A stretch of 56,076 nt of DNA from a virus (IMGVR_UViG_3300024240_000004:1-56076); one strand, 5' to 3'. Positions 7,131 through 15,620 are shown, numbered from the stretch's first letter. The notes: a model not told the origin generated them from the sequence alone. Translations and numbers: made by a program.

Positions 7131-7779
7131 TATAATTATCCTTATCGTTAATAGCCTTATTATTTATATGCCATTCGTAATGGCAGTGTTGGCATAACCA
7201 AATTACGTCTAATGGCTTATCATAGTCAGAATGGTGTGCTTGGATGCCATTCCTACCATCTGAAAATGTATTTTTATTTCCGCATACACTACAAATTGTG
7301 GGGCGTTCTAATATACATTTTTTTATGGCTTTTTCTACAATATGTTGTACCCTTTTCTTCTTATCGTTAGAAGAATTGTCTCTAAAAAAATGGTTGTCAT
7401 TCTCAAATTGTAAATTACTTCTAAAAATACAACCACGGCGTTTTAATATCTTGTGCATGGCTTGTCTTGTTATACCAAAAAAATTAGCTATTTCTTCGAT
7501 AGAAAGTCCTTGCGTATATAAATTAACACAATCATCATATTTAGCCAAACGTTTCGCTCCCATAAAAACATCCCCATTTTCTATTATTTGTAAAAGGTTG
7601 TCATCTATGTCAGCATAAACGTTTTTAACGTCGCGATATTTTATAACATTTGGAAAATTCTTCTTTAATATTTTTTGACAAAAATCATCAATTTCAATTT
7701 GAAAAACATTTTCAAAACCTACCATTTGAGCGGCTAAATCAAAACCGCCAATACCGGAAAATAAAGAAGCGTGTTTCAT
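7063..7779 (-). CDS. C5 methyltransferase alpha chain N-terminal part with in-frame HTH-HNH insertion
   Basis: SLFSGIGG (I), EID (II), RDV (III); insert with GLSIEEIANFFGITRQ HTH and CSVC..AHHSDYDKPLDVIWLCQHCH; ends IDVLSGGFP*. Confidence 0.85.
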   Translation of the reverse strand: MKHASLFSGIGGFDLAAQMVGFENVFQIEIDDFCQKILKKNFPNVIKYRDVKNVYADIDDNLLQIIENGDVFMGAKRLAKYDDCVNLYTQGLSIEEIANFFGITRQAMHKILKRRGCIFRSNLQFENDNHFFRDNSSNDKKKRVQHIVEKAIKKCILERPTICSVCGNKNTFSDGRNGIQAHHSDYDKPLDVIWLCQHCHYEWHINNKAINDKDNYNEKGDKGSPRTGRIDVLSGGFP

Positions 7780-7868
7780 AGTTTAAATCGCTTTTAAGCG
7801 TTTTTAATTATTAATTGGTAAAATCCTTAGAATAAGCAATAAAATCTTTACTACCAGCCTTAAAAGGC

Positions 7869-8405
7869 TTATTCAAGTCCTACTATCATAACTTCGCATT
7901 GTAATTTTTCTTTTAAATCGTAAATTTGTTGGCGAGTAATATCATCTTTAAAAATCCAATGGTAATTATTTTTAGTTTTAAAAATTACACGTGGAATATG
8001 ATTAACTGATTCGCCTTCTTTTTCAAGTAATTTTAAATAATCTGAATGATTTTTTAATTTAGGTATTTCTAAACTATAAAAATCTGCAAAAGTGAATTTT
8101 TCATAATGTTGTTTTTTGAGGAATTTTCTCAAATGTTGAAAGAAATAGTCGGAACTCCATCCGTTATTCAATGCTTCTTTAAATATCATTTCTAAAAGTG
8201 GTAATTTTAAAGTATCCTTTTTAAAAAAATCATTTGAAAAATTACTTGAAATAATATTAACGAATTTATAGAAGTCCCCGTGTTTATCTTTTAAGTCAGG
8301 ATTTAAAGAATTGCCAATATTAACTATTGCAGTACGCTTCCCCTGACCGTTCAATGTCGCTAATTGTGAGTTCAAGTCCTTTTTGATAATTAGATTTGTG
8401 GACAT
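7869..8405 (-). CDS. hypothetical protein downstream of the initiator (possible helicase-loader position)
   Basis: 178-aa ORF; function inferred only from position. Confidence 0.5.
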   Translation of the reverse strand: MSTNLIIKKDLNSQLATLNGQGKRTAIVNIGNSLNPDLKDKHGDFYKFVNIISSNFSNDFFKKDTLKLPLLEMIFKEALNNGWSSDYFFQHLRKFLKKQHYEKFTFADFYSLEIPKLKNHSDYLKLLEKEGESVNHIPRVIFKTKNNYHWIFKDDITRQQIYDLKEKLQCEVMIVGLE

Positions 8406-9210
8406 TCTTAAAATCTTTTTTGTTAATAAATGCTTTATATTTATTTAGATAGGAACGAATCCAAGTCGGCGAAATATTGTCGTAAAGAAAATTGTCTTTA
8501 ACTTTCATACAATTAGCAAATAGATTTGTAAAGTCTAAAATAGTTTCTGCGCTTTTCTTTTCAGGATTCTTAGATTTATATTGAGCTAATAAAGTTCCGA
8601 TTGATTTTCGCTCTTTACCTCTATCGATAATTACGAACTCCATTTCTCGAGCTTTTTCGTATTCTTTACAAAAAATTTCTAAAATTGAATCAATAAAATC
8701 CACTGCGCTTTTTTGCGCAGGGTTCTTATTCTTTTCTTTTATTTCTTTATTCTTATAAGAATTATTATAGGGTAAACTTTCTTTACTATCCGAGTAAACT
8801 TTCTTTACTATTCCGAGTAAACTTTCTTTACTATCCGTATTGATTTCGGACGGTGGGTATGAACTTTGTTCATAACGACTGCAAGTTTGATTTACAGGTA
8901 GTAAACTTTCTTTACTATCCGTAAAATTATCATCTGAATAAGAAGCGATATTCCATTTCGGAGTAGTTTTAAGACATTTTGTTTCGTCATGACGCATTAA
9001 AAGACCTTTTTCTATTAATGTATTTATCATAACAAAAATAGCTTGTCTTGAAACGTCTAATTGCTCTGCTAAGTAATCTTTTGAACAATAGCACCACCCT
9101 TCGTTTTTACTCAAATGGTTAATTATATCCAAAAGTACATATTGATTCAAGGTAATGCCTAAGCGTTGTTTAACGCTAAAATGGATGGTGGCATATTTAA
9201 CATTTTGCAT
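8320..9210 (-). CDS. replication initiator (N-terminal winged HTH, lambda-O-like layout)
   Basis: WCYCSKDYLAEQLDVSRQAIFVMINTLIEKGLL HTH; internal iterons followed by Lys/Asn-rich linker. Confidence 0.8.
   Translation of the reverse strand: MQNVKYATIHFSVKQRLGITLNQYVLLDIINHLSKNEGWCYCSKDYLAEQLDVSRQAIFVMINTLIEKGLLMRHDETKCLKTTPKWNIASYSDDNFTDSKESLLPVNQTCSRYEQSSYPPSEINTDSKESLLGIVKKVYSDSKESLPYNNSYKNKEIKEKNKNPAQKSAVDFIDSILEIFCKEYEKAREMEFVIIDRGKERKSIGTLLAQYKSKNPEKKSAETILDFTNLFANCMKVKDNFLYDNISPTWIRSYLNKYKAFINKKDFKNVHKSNYQKGLELTISDIERSGEAYCNS
8772..8922. repeat. iterons / probable replication origin
   Basis: gtaaactttctttacta(t)tccg at 8772, 8794, 8817 and 8901; AT-rich tract adjacent at ~8725-8768. 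Confidence 0.8.
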
Positions 9211-9221
9211 AATGGCTCCAA

Positions 9222-9354
9222 AAAATAAAAAATCCCTTGTTATTAACGTAGCTCTACGAAAAGCTTATAATTTGTAATCGCTTACAAATTAAAAATAACA
9301 AGGGATTTAGATTTTTATATATGTAATTTCGTAGATTACGTTATTGCAAATATA
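9222..9354 (-). promoter_or_regulatory. -7 promoter box plus attenuator-like leader B upstream of initiator gene
   Basis: TATATTTG at 9354-9347; stem AAATCCCTTGTTATT/AATAACAAGGGATTT plus U-run; leader TAACGTAATCTACGAAA pairs with TTTCGTAGAGCTACGTTA. Confidence 0.7.
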
Positions 9355-9378
9355 CGAAATTAATCCCAAATAAAAAAA

Positions 9379-10305
9379 TTATTCTCCATAAGGTCGGAAA
9401 ATTCTTTTTCCGTTCTTATCTGATTTGTAAGTACATAGTAAATTACCATCGTATCTAATAGCTTTGGCGTCTTGCATAAATTTAGCAACTTCAACTTGTA
9501 ATTTTTCAATAGAATTTTTATTTTCTTTCATATCGTATTTTAATTTCTTAATTTTTTGTACAGTTTCAAAAGTACTAAAATCGGCGTCAAGTGCTTTATC
9601 TTTTGTACTTTTTGGAAATAGAAATTGAATATCCGATATTGTTTGTGGCGGTGGCGGCGTCTTAGTTAATACGAATTTGTTCCAAAAAGTAGTCGCAATT
9701 TCGACTAATCCGGCGAATAAATCAGAATCAAAGTCAAAATCATACTGCTCATACTCTAAAGCCGCGCGTAAAACTCTCAATTCGTTATAATCGCGAATGT
9801 TTAAATCGACAAAAATATCATTATTAAATGTATAAGGCATTTTTGCATAAGCAATTATAAGCTTTGGACGTCCCGTAATTCCACAATAATATTGACCTTG
9901 AATAAAATGTTTCTTTAAATATCCTTCAAAACGCTTTTGAGTTGTTTTACATTCTAAAACTGTGTCCGAACCTTTGAAATAATCAATACTGGCGCCACAA
10001 ATAGGATTAGATTCTAAATGATAAATATCATCTAATGGTTTATAAACTAAATTTTCGTAGTCAGGATATTTTTTATTTAAAAATCCTATTTCGTTATTGT
10101 CGGCATACCATTCCCCAACAAAAGGCTCTAAAATATTGCCACGCTCCGTAACGTTATTCCCGTCATCTGGCAATTGATAAACTTTTGATTTCCAAACGTC
10201 TAATGGAGTTCGTTTGTCATCTAATCCAATAATTGCCGCCATATCAGAGCCGCCTAAAGATTTTGCTCTTTCAATTAACCATTTCTCGCGTTCTTCTTTA
10301 GTCAT
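9379..10305 (-). CDS. YqaJ/lambda-exonuclease-like recombination nuclease
   Basis: WLIERAKSLGGSD, RGNILEP, GASID, LECKT, Q.QYY motifs. Confidence 0.9.
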   Translation of the reverse strand: MTKEEREKWLIERAKSLGGSDMAAIIGLDDKRTPLDVWKSKVYQLPDDGNNVTERGNILEPFVGEWYADNNEIGFLNKKYPDYENLVYKPLDDIYHLESNPICGASIDYFKGSDTVLECKTTQKRFEGYLKKHFIQGQYYCGITGRPKLIIAYAKMPYTFNNDIFVDLNIRDYNELRVLRAALEYEQYDFDFDSDLFAGLVEIATTFWNKFVLTKTPPPPQTISDIQFLFPKSTKDKALDADFSTFETVQKIKKLKYDMKENKNSIEKLQVEVAKFMQDAKAIRYDGNLLCTYKSDKNGKRIFRPYGE

Positions 10306-11203
10306 TGGATTTCCATTTAGTTATAAATTTGTCAAGTTCTTTTATAGTTTTAAATGATTTACTATCATCTTTTGATTCGTCAAGACCGCCGATTAAAACT
10401 TCAAAAGAATCAATATCGGCGTCTTTAAAAATATTAAGAAATTTTTCAGGTTCGCCAATTTTATAACAATCGTCTTTTTTGTCATACTCCAAATTATACT
10501 TTAAACAAAGTTCTATAAGATCCATTTCCTTTGTTTCTTTCTTAACCTCTTTTTTGACGTCATTGGTGGGCGGAGTGAGTTCTTTCACCTTTTCCTCTAC
10601 AATTTCATAGGGGGCGGGTTCCGATTCGCTGTAAGCCTTATTTGCGGTATTGATGGCGGCTAATAATTCATTAGTTTTCGGAGATTCTACTTTCTTTTGC
10701 TCTTTTACTTCGTCATCAAGTTCCTCAATTTCAAAATCAGCATAAATATTAGTCATTAAGACGTCGGGACATCTATGACGAATGCCGGCAATTAAACATC
10801 TTAAAAAAAGCATATTGCGAAGTTGTTTACGATAATTATCTCTTCCGATAAGTCCCATATTTTTAGCGTCTTCAACTGTGTAAATTTCTTTTCCTAAGGA
10901 TTTTGCCGGATTTAATTGGAAAAATTCAATTATACATTTTTCATCAGTTGTTTCTATAATTGAATAATCGTATTTACCGCCACGTTTAAGAAGACCTCCG
11001 GCGGTTACGGGCTTGATTGTCACTTTGCCAGATACAATTTCAATGCCGCTCATTGATTGAAAAGGCTCTAATCCGAGCTCTTTTCCGGCTTGTATCTTTA
11101 CAAAAGCCTGCGCTTTGCTTTTAGCGTCTGTAAAAAGTCCACTTTCAAAGAAATAAGTAGAAATTTCTTTATTTTCTTGAAACGTCGTTAATTGATTTTC
11201 CAT
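10298..11203 (-). CDS. RecT/Redbeta-like single-strand annealing protein
   Basis: AFVKIQAGKELGLEPFQSM..I.IVSGK; adjacent to YqaJ exonuclease. Confidence 0.75.
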   Translation of the reverse strand: MENQLTTFQENKEISTYFFESGLFTDAKSKAQAFVKIQAGKELGLEPFQSMSGIEIVSGKVTIKPVTAGGLLKRGGKYDYSIIETTDEKCIIEFFQLNPAKSLGKEIYTVEDAKNMGLIGRDNYRKQLRNMLFLRCLIAGIRHRCPDVLMTNIYADFEIEELDDEVKEQKKVESPKTNELLAAINTANKAYSESEPAPYEIVEEKVKELTPPTNDVKKEVKKETKEMDLIELCLKYNLEYDKKDDCYKIGEPEKFLNIFKDADIDSFEVLIGGLDESKDDSKSFKTIKELDKFITKWKSND

Positions 11204-11430
11204 TATTTACCTCTTTTGTATTGGAATATTTTTTCCATTAGTGGATATTCTTTAATTAAAGCGATTTTAACAAAATCCGTTATTGTCATATCATTTTCAT
11301 AGCAATATTTTTCAATTTCAATCTTATCAAGTTTACGAATTGATATTGCCAAAGGAGCTGTAATTTTCGGCTTTTTCACATTTGGCAATTTGAATCTTTT
11401 ATTTGATTCTAAATTAGCTTTTTTTTTCAT
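11203..11430 (-). CDS. small DNA-binding protein (ribbon-helix-helix-like)
   Basis: LAISIRKLDKIEIEKYC..DMTITDFVKIAL pattern. Confidence 0.5.
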   Translation of the reverse strand: MKKKANLESNKRFKLPNVKKPKITAPLAISIRKLDKIEIEKYCYENDMTITDFVKIALIKEYPLMEKIFQYKRGK

Positions 11431-11445
11431 TTTAATTCCTTTTGT

Positions 11446-11673
11446 TTATTTAAACTCTATTAAAATAGTTTTTTTATCATTGTTAATTTTTATATCCGTA
11501 TCGGTTAAATTGTCTATTTCTTTTAATTGTATAATTACTTCGTAAGTATTGCATTCCAAAGGTAAATTATCTAATTTTTGGAATAAATCTATTAATGGCA
11601 AATTATCAATAGTATTATAAATTTCGACTATTGTTGAATTTTTTAATTTGTAAACAAATTTTTTTGTAGTCAT
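11446..11673 (-). CDS. hypothetical protein
   Basis: 75-aa ORF. Confidence 0.55.
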   Translation of the reverse strand: MTTKKFVYKLKNSTIVEIYNTIDNLPLIDLFQKLDNLPLECNTYEVIIQLKEIDNLTDTDIKINNDKKTILIEFK

Positions 11674-11677
11674 TGTC

Positions 11678-11884
11678 TTAATTCCTTTTATCGGTTAAAT
11701 AAACGTTCGCGCGATTTTCAATTAATAATAATTCGTAAGTTTCAACGCCAACGGCTGTACATTTTGGACACTCTGTTTCAATTTCTAAGATATTCGTTCG
11801 TATATGATTTTTTAGATGCGTCATTTCGCTACCGCAATGCGGGCATATCCCTTGAAGTTTGTTTGTTTTTATGTTTACTGACAT
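11678..11884 (-). CDS. zinc-ribbon protein
   Basis: CPHCG and CPKC pairs. Confidence 0.65.
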   Translation of the reverse strand: MSVNIKTNKLQGICPHCGSEMTHLKNHIRTNILEIETECPKCTAVGVETYELLLIENRANVYLTDKRN

Positions 11885-11885
11885 T

Positions 11886-12407
11886 TTATAATTCGAAAAT
11901 TGAATTAGCGGAAATAGAATTATTCTTGAAATATCGACTGAACTCTTCTTTATAAATTCTAACAGAAATAGCGTACCTACTATCTAAATTATTCAAGCCT
12001 TTATATTTTTTTTGCATATAATCTATAAATTCATAAATCTTATCGCCACTTGCAGAACCAATTATATAAGCAAAAGGTGGTTTTCGTTCGTTTTCGTCTA
12101 ATAAATCTAAAGAATTATTGACAGGATTATAACCTATGATTTCAATTTTATCAATAATATACCCCCAAACTGTCTGTTTCTTAAAAATTCCATCTATTTC
12201 CATTTCTTTATATGAAAATGTACGAATAAAGCCGTTATCTTTTAACGCCTGTCCTAATTTTTTAGTTCCGATGTTGTAATTAGCGGCGTATTGCATTAAA
12301 TAATTTCTGATTTCCGTAGATGTTTTTACTGTATGGCAAGGGTCGTTCTTTTTACTTGCTTTAAGATAAGTACTAATTAATTTATTCTCAAATGAATCCA
12401 TATTCAA
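11886..12407 (-). CDS. hypothetical protein, winged-helix-like N-terminus
   Basis: TSTEIRNYL...KKLGQALKDNGF.R resembles the wHTH at the end of VirE/primase-type proteins. Confidence 0.5.
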   Translation of the reverse strand: MNMDSFENKLISTYLKASKKNDPCHTVKTSTEIRNYLMQYAANYNIGTKKLGQALKDNGFIRTFSYKEMEIDGIFKKQTVWGYIIDKIEIIGYNPVNNSLDLLDENERKPPFAYIIGSASGDKIYEFIDYMQKKYKGLNNLDSRYAISVRIYKEEFSRYFKNNSISANSIFEL

Positions 12408-13315
12408 TTCTCACAATTAAAATTAAAAAATTGGCGTTCCCAAATATTTATATTAAAATCAATATCAATACTACGTAAATAAAAACCATCTGCAAAATGT
12501 TTTTGGAACTCTTTTTCAGTTAAATAGGCGCTTTTATTCAATAAAAATTGATTCCAACAATACGCAATAGTATTTCTTAAATTTATACTATTCCTATTTC
12601 TTTTAAAATGTAAATAATCAAATAATTCTCTTTCTGGCGAATTTTTGCGTCCTTCACCTAAGGACACTGATTTCCAAAATTCTACGGCATTATCTAAATT
12701 AAATCTAAACATTAATAAAGCTATTGCTAAAATCATACCATTTTTATAAAATTTTAAAAGATCGTTTGCAATAGAATCTTTAAAAAGTTTATATTCGTTT
12801 TCAAAATCTTTAAGAACGATTAATTTTTCGGATTCCGTATATTTAGTTGAATTGCCTCCAATAGTAAGGCGTGAACCTATATGGTTAATTGCCGATAATA
12901 GTTGGGCTGTTTCAGTTTTATTTAAACCCATTTGCTCATCAATATTAAGTATTTCTATTGAGTCTCGCGTTGTTCGTTTAAGATTTTTATCAATTCTCGC
13001 GAATAATTCCTTAACACGTTGTTCGTTTTCAACTAAAAATGAACTTACTGGCAAATTAACAGTTTCACCACTTTTAACAATAGCTAATAATGTGTGGCGT
13101 CCATTAATATTGTAATAAGTCTTTGTATCGGCTGTAGTTGCAAAAGTAATAGTCGCTACAGCTTCAAATCTGTCTGCTAACATTTCCTTTGCAAGATAAT
13201 CGACCCACCAACTACGAGTATTCCTTTGATTATCAAAATTGCAATTTGCGAGCCACTTTGAAGCCATTTCAGGCGTCACATCAAAGAATTTTATTGATTG
13301 TTCTAAATATTCCAT
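12404..13315 (-). CDS. ParB/DGQHR-superfamily-like protein
   Basis: VTPEMASKWL..N..NQR and INGRHTLLAIVKSG (DGQHRL-like). Confidence 0.65.
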   Translation of the reverse strand: MEYLEQSIKFFDVTPEMASKWLANCNFDNQRNTRSWWVDYLAKEMLADRFEAVATITFATTADTKTYYNINGRHTLLAIVKSGETVNLPVSSFLVENEQRVKELFARIDKNLKRTTRDSIEILNIDEQMGLNKTETAQLLSAINHIGSRLTIGGNSTKYTESEKLIVLKDFENEYKLFKDSIANDLLKFYKNGMILAIALLMFRFNLDNAVEFWKSVSLGEGRKNSPERELFDYLHFKRNRNSINLRNTIAYCWNQFLLNKSAYLTEKEFQKHFADGFYLRSIDIDFNINIWERQFFNFNCEN

Positions 13316-13322
13316 AATGCCT

Positions 13323-13481
13323 CTAATTTTTACCGGAGTAAAATTTTTCCGGCTCTAAAATATGATTTAATTCGTTAATTTTAATTTGCTCATTTAATAA
13401 TTGAGCTCTAATTTTACTTTCTTGTGCAAGTTTTATTTCGGTTTGAATAAAACTTTGTATTAATCGTTCGTTATTTGTCAT
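13323..13481 (-). CDS. small hypothetical protein (52 aa)
   Basis: Below track cutoff; SD GAGG, MTNNERLIQ...YSGKN*. Confidence 0.55.
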   Translation of the reverse strand: MTNNERLIQSFIQTEIKLAQESKIRAQLLNEQIKINELNHILEPEKFYSGKN

Positions 13482-13582
13482 TATGAACCTCTCATAACAT
13501 AAATTACGTAAGCGACGGCTAAAAATAGGCTAATGAACAAAAGGAATATATTGCCTAATATCTTTTTTTCTTGATTATCCAT
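13481..13582 (-). CDS. small membrane peptide (33 aa)
   Basis: MDNQEKKILGNIFLLFISLFLAVAYVIYVMRGS*, coupled to both neighbours. Confidence 0.5.
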   Translation of the reverse strand: MDNQEKKILGNIFLLFISLFLAVAYVIYVMRGS

Positions 13583-13838
13583 TGAAAGTACCTTTTTCTA
13601 ATAATTGTTTAATTTCTTTTTTAGCTAAAATCGTAGCGTCTAAACGTAAATTAAGGATAGTTATATTTTCGGTATTGCAAAGTTTATCAATTTCGGTATT
13701 AGTAAAGTCATTTTCAATAAGTAATTGTATTTGTAAATTTGTCAATATTGGAAATTTTGATTTTATTATTTCCGGCGTATATTTTTCGATTATTTTTGGA
13801 GTTGGAATCGAGCGGCGATATTTAATTTGATTAGTCAT
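13575..13838 (-). CDS. hypothetical protein
   Basis: 87-aa ORF, ATGA coupling. Confidence 0.6.
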   Translation of the reverse strand: MTNQIKYRRSIPTPKIIEKYTPEIIKSKFPILTNLQIQLLIENDFTNTEIDKLCNTENITILNLRLDATILAKKEIKQLLEKGTFNG

Positions 13839-14038
13839 TTTTTTGAATCCTCATATAAAGCTTCTTTTTCTAATTCTTTAATTCGCCGAATAAAATATTC
13901 TTGATTATTTTGCATAAAATATAAATCGAGGTCAAATCCTATGCCACTATATTTATGATGTTCTTGTAAATAATCAATTACTGAATCTGCAATACTAATT
14001 TTCCAACTAATAATTTCAGATTTTATTTTTTTATTCAT
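13835..14038 (-). CDS. hypothetical protein
   Basis: 67-aa ORF, TAATG coupling. Confidence 0.6.
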   Translation of the reverse strand: MNKKIKSEIISWKISIADSVIDYLQEHHKYSGIGFDLDLYFMQNNQEYFIRRIKELEKEALYEDSKK

Positions 14039-14280
14039 TATAACTTTCCTTTATTTGCCACTAATATATCAAAAAATTCGTTAAGTTCAGGAACGCCTTG
14101 TTTTTCTTTCTCTTTATTCATAACTTCTTTCAATTCGTTTTCATATGATTCACGCATAATCGTAAAATGATCGACGTTTAAACTTGTGTATCCACAAGCG
14201 ATATTAAAACGAATAACGCCATTTTCAGCTTCTAAAAGTGCATTAATTTTTTCACGCAATGTAATGATTGATTCTTTCAT
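14038..14280 (-). CDS. hypothetical protein
   Basis: Start reassigned to MKESII. Confidence 0.55.
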   Translation of the reverse strand: MKESIITLREKINALLEAENGVIRFNIACGYTSLNVDHFTIMRESYENELKEVMNKEKEKQGVPELNEFFDILVANKGKL

Positions 14281-14282
14281 TT

Positions 14283-14513
14283 TTAATCCCAAATTTTGTT
14301 TTCTAAATTAGTTAAAACTGTGTCAGGAATTTCTGACACTTTAATTTCGGTTCCATTCAAAATAACTTCTAAAATTTCGTAATCGACTTCAAATTCTGCG
14401 GGCTGATAGTAAGTTTTCGGATATGTTTGCTCTGTCGTAAGTTCGGTTTCAATTTCATAAGTGTCATCGTCTTGATAGATAGTGAAAGTCTTTATTTCGG
14501 TTGTTATTGCCAT
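14283..14513 (-). CDS. small acidic protein
   Basis: MAITTEIK...; very Asp/Glu-rich. Confidence 0.6.
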   Translation of the reverse strand: MAITTEIKTFTIYQDDDTYEIETELTTEQTYPKTYYQPAEFEVDYEILEVILNGTEIKVSEIPDTVLTNLENKIWD

Positions 14514-14656
14514 TGCGAAGCCCAAATTCGTTTTTTAATTATATGCTTTAAATAATCGCGTTTGTGCATTTGATATTTTTTCAAATGATCAGAATTTACT
14601 TTTGAATTATTAAAAGAAAAATTCAAAAGTCTATCAAGTAATGTTAAATGTGCCAT
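14504..14656 (-). CDS. small basic protein (50 aa), first gene after the early promoters
   Basis: SD TTGGAG; MAHLTLLDRLL...KKRIWASQWQ*. Confidence 0.55.
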   Translation of the reverse strand: MAHLTLLDRLLNFSFNNSKVNSDHLKKYQMHKRDYLKHIIKKRIWASQWQ

Positions 14657-14686
14657 TTTAAGCTCCAATAAAAAAAAGTTAATAAT

Positions 14687-14751
14687 TAGTCGCTAATTCG
14701 AGGCTCGAACTCGTTAATAATCAAATTGCATTATTAAGCGCCCTTTAGCGG
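14687..14751 (-). ncRNA. tRNA-like mini element (acceptor stem plus T-arm, no D-arm)
   Basis: CGCTAA/TTAGCG outer stem, TTAATAAT/ATTATTAA central hairpin, CGAG-TTCGAGC-CTCG T-arm, 3' ACTA. Confidence 0.45.
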
Positions 14752-14757
14752 ATTCAA

Positions 14758-14769
14758 TTTTCAAAGTAC
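14758..14769 (-). promoter_or_regulatory. boxA-like antitermination element
   Basis: GTACTTTGAAAA just downstream of the promoter at 14828-14797. Confidence 0.45.
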
Positions 14770-14796
14770 GATTCAATTGCGTTTTTTCTTTCAATA

Positions 14797-14828
14797 CAAA
14801 CTTACGACAAATAAAATTAATTTCCAAA
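14797..14828 (-). promoter_or_regulatory. Bacteroidota-type promoter (early leftward)
   Basis: TTTG-N20-TAAGTTTG. Confidence 0.75.
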
Positions 14829-14908
14829 TTTATTTTTAAATTAATTTAAAATAATTTAAAAAAAATAAAAATAAATAAGTTTTCAATTCCCGTCTCAATT
14901 TGTTAATA

Positions 14909-14940
14909 CAAATATACGCAATTATTTAATACAATGCAAA
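14909..14940 (-). promoter_or_regulatory. Bacteroidota-type promoter (tandem early leftward)
   Basis: TTTG-N20-TATATTTG. Confidence 0.75.
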
Positions 14941-14977
14941 TAAAATTTCAATTATTTTTAATTTATTTTTAAAAATA

Positions 14978-15022
14978 GCAAATAATTCGCAAATAACTTT
15001 AAATAATAATTAATTAAATTTG
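14978..15022 (+). promoter_or_regulatory. phased repeats plus -7 box upstream of lipoprotein gene
   Basis: GCAAATAA at 14978 and 14989, TTAAATAA at 14999, TAAATTTG at 15015-15022. Confidence 0.5.
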
Positions 15023-15048
15023 AATAAAAATTTAAAAAGAGGTCTTAA

Positions 15049-15444
15049 ATGAAATGGTTAATTATTGTTATTGCCTTGCTATTCACGGCTTGCCAAACTC
15101 CTAAATATCAATTAACGTCTAATTGCGAAATTCCAAAAGAGACATTTTTTGAGAAAATATCCGGCGTACTAACCGAACGAAATTTTAACGTTGTTAGCGA
15201 TATTTCTATCGGTCAGATTAAAGCTATTAAATTTGATGGATTCTATACTTATATTTGGAAAGTCCAATTTGTCGATAAAAAAATAATATGCTATTGCATC
15301 CAAAATAGCTCGATGGATTTTAGCAATAATTATATTAACGACAATAGTATTTCAAAAGAATATATAAATGTAAAAGAGTCATTAGAAAGTATTTGTAAAG
15401 ATAAGATAATTATTAATGAGCTTAAAAGAGAATATAACGACTAA
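15049..15444 (+). CDS. lipoprotein (moron-like)
   Basis: MKWLIIVIALLFTA-C lipobox, SD GAGG, own terminator. Confidence 0.8.
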   Translation: MKWLIIVIALLFTACQTPKYQLTSNCEIPKETFFEKISGVLTERNFNVVSDISIGQIKAIKFDGFYTYIWKVQFVDKKIICYCIQNSSMDFSNNYINDNSISKEYINVKESLESICKDKIIINELKREYND

Positions 15445-15445
15445 T

Positions 15446-15479
15446 AAAAAAGCCCCTAATTTTGGGGCTTTTCTTTTTT
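15446..15479. terminator. bidirectional intrinsic terminator
   Basis: aaaagcccc-taatttt-ggggctttt flanked by A and T runs between convergent genes. Confidence 0.8.
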
Positions 15480-15620
15480 AGATTTTAGAATATAAAATTC
15501 TATAATTTCGTAGGCATTTAAACCTTTTTCTCTTAATTCTTGATATTCTTGTTTAGGAATTTTTATATTATTCAAAATTATATGCGTAGGCGTTTCGCTT
15601 ATTTCCAAAAGTTCTTTCAT
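15456..15620 (-). CDS. small hypothetical protein (54 aa)
   Basis: SD AGGAG; MKELLEISE...KEKPQN*. Confidence 0.55.
   Translation of the reverse strand: MKELLEISETPTHIILNNIKIPKQEYQELREKGLNAYEIIEFYILKSKKEKPQN

Noticed and set aside
7130-7620. Intein in the methyltransferase
   Set aside because: No N-terminal Cys/Ser block or C-terminal His-Asn followed by Cys/Ser/Thr at the insertion borders
8772-8922. CRISPR mini-array
   Set aside because: Repeats are adjacent without spacers and lie inside the initiator ORF; better explained as iterons
14687-14751. Functional tRNA gene
   Set aside because: No D-arm, no canonical 7-nt anticodon loop, ends ACTA; kept only as tRNA-like (same for 44451-44513)
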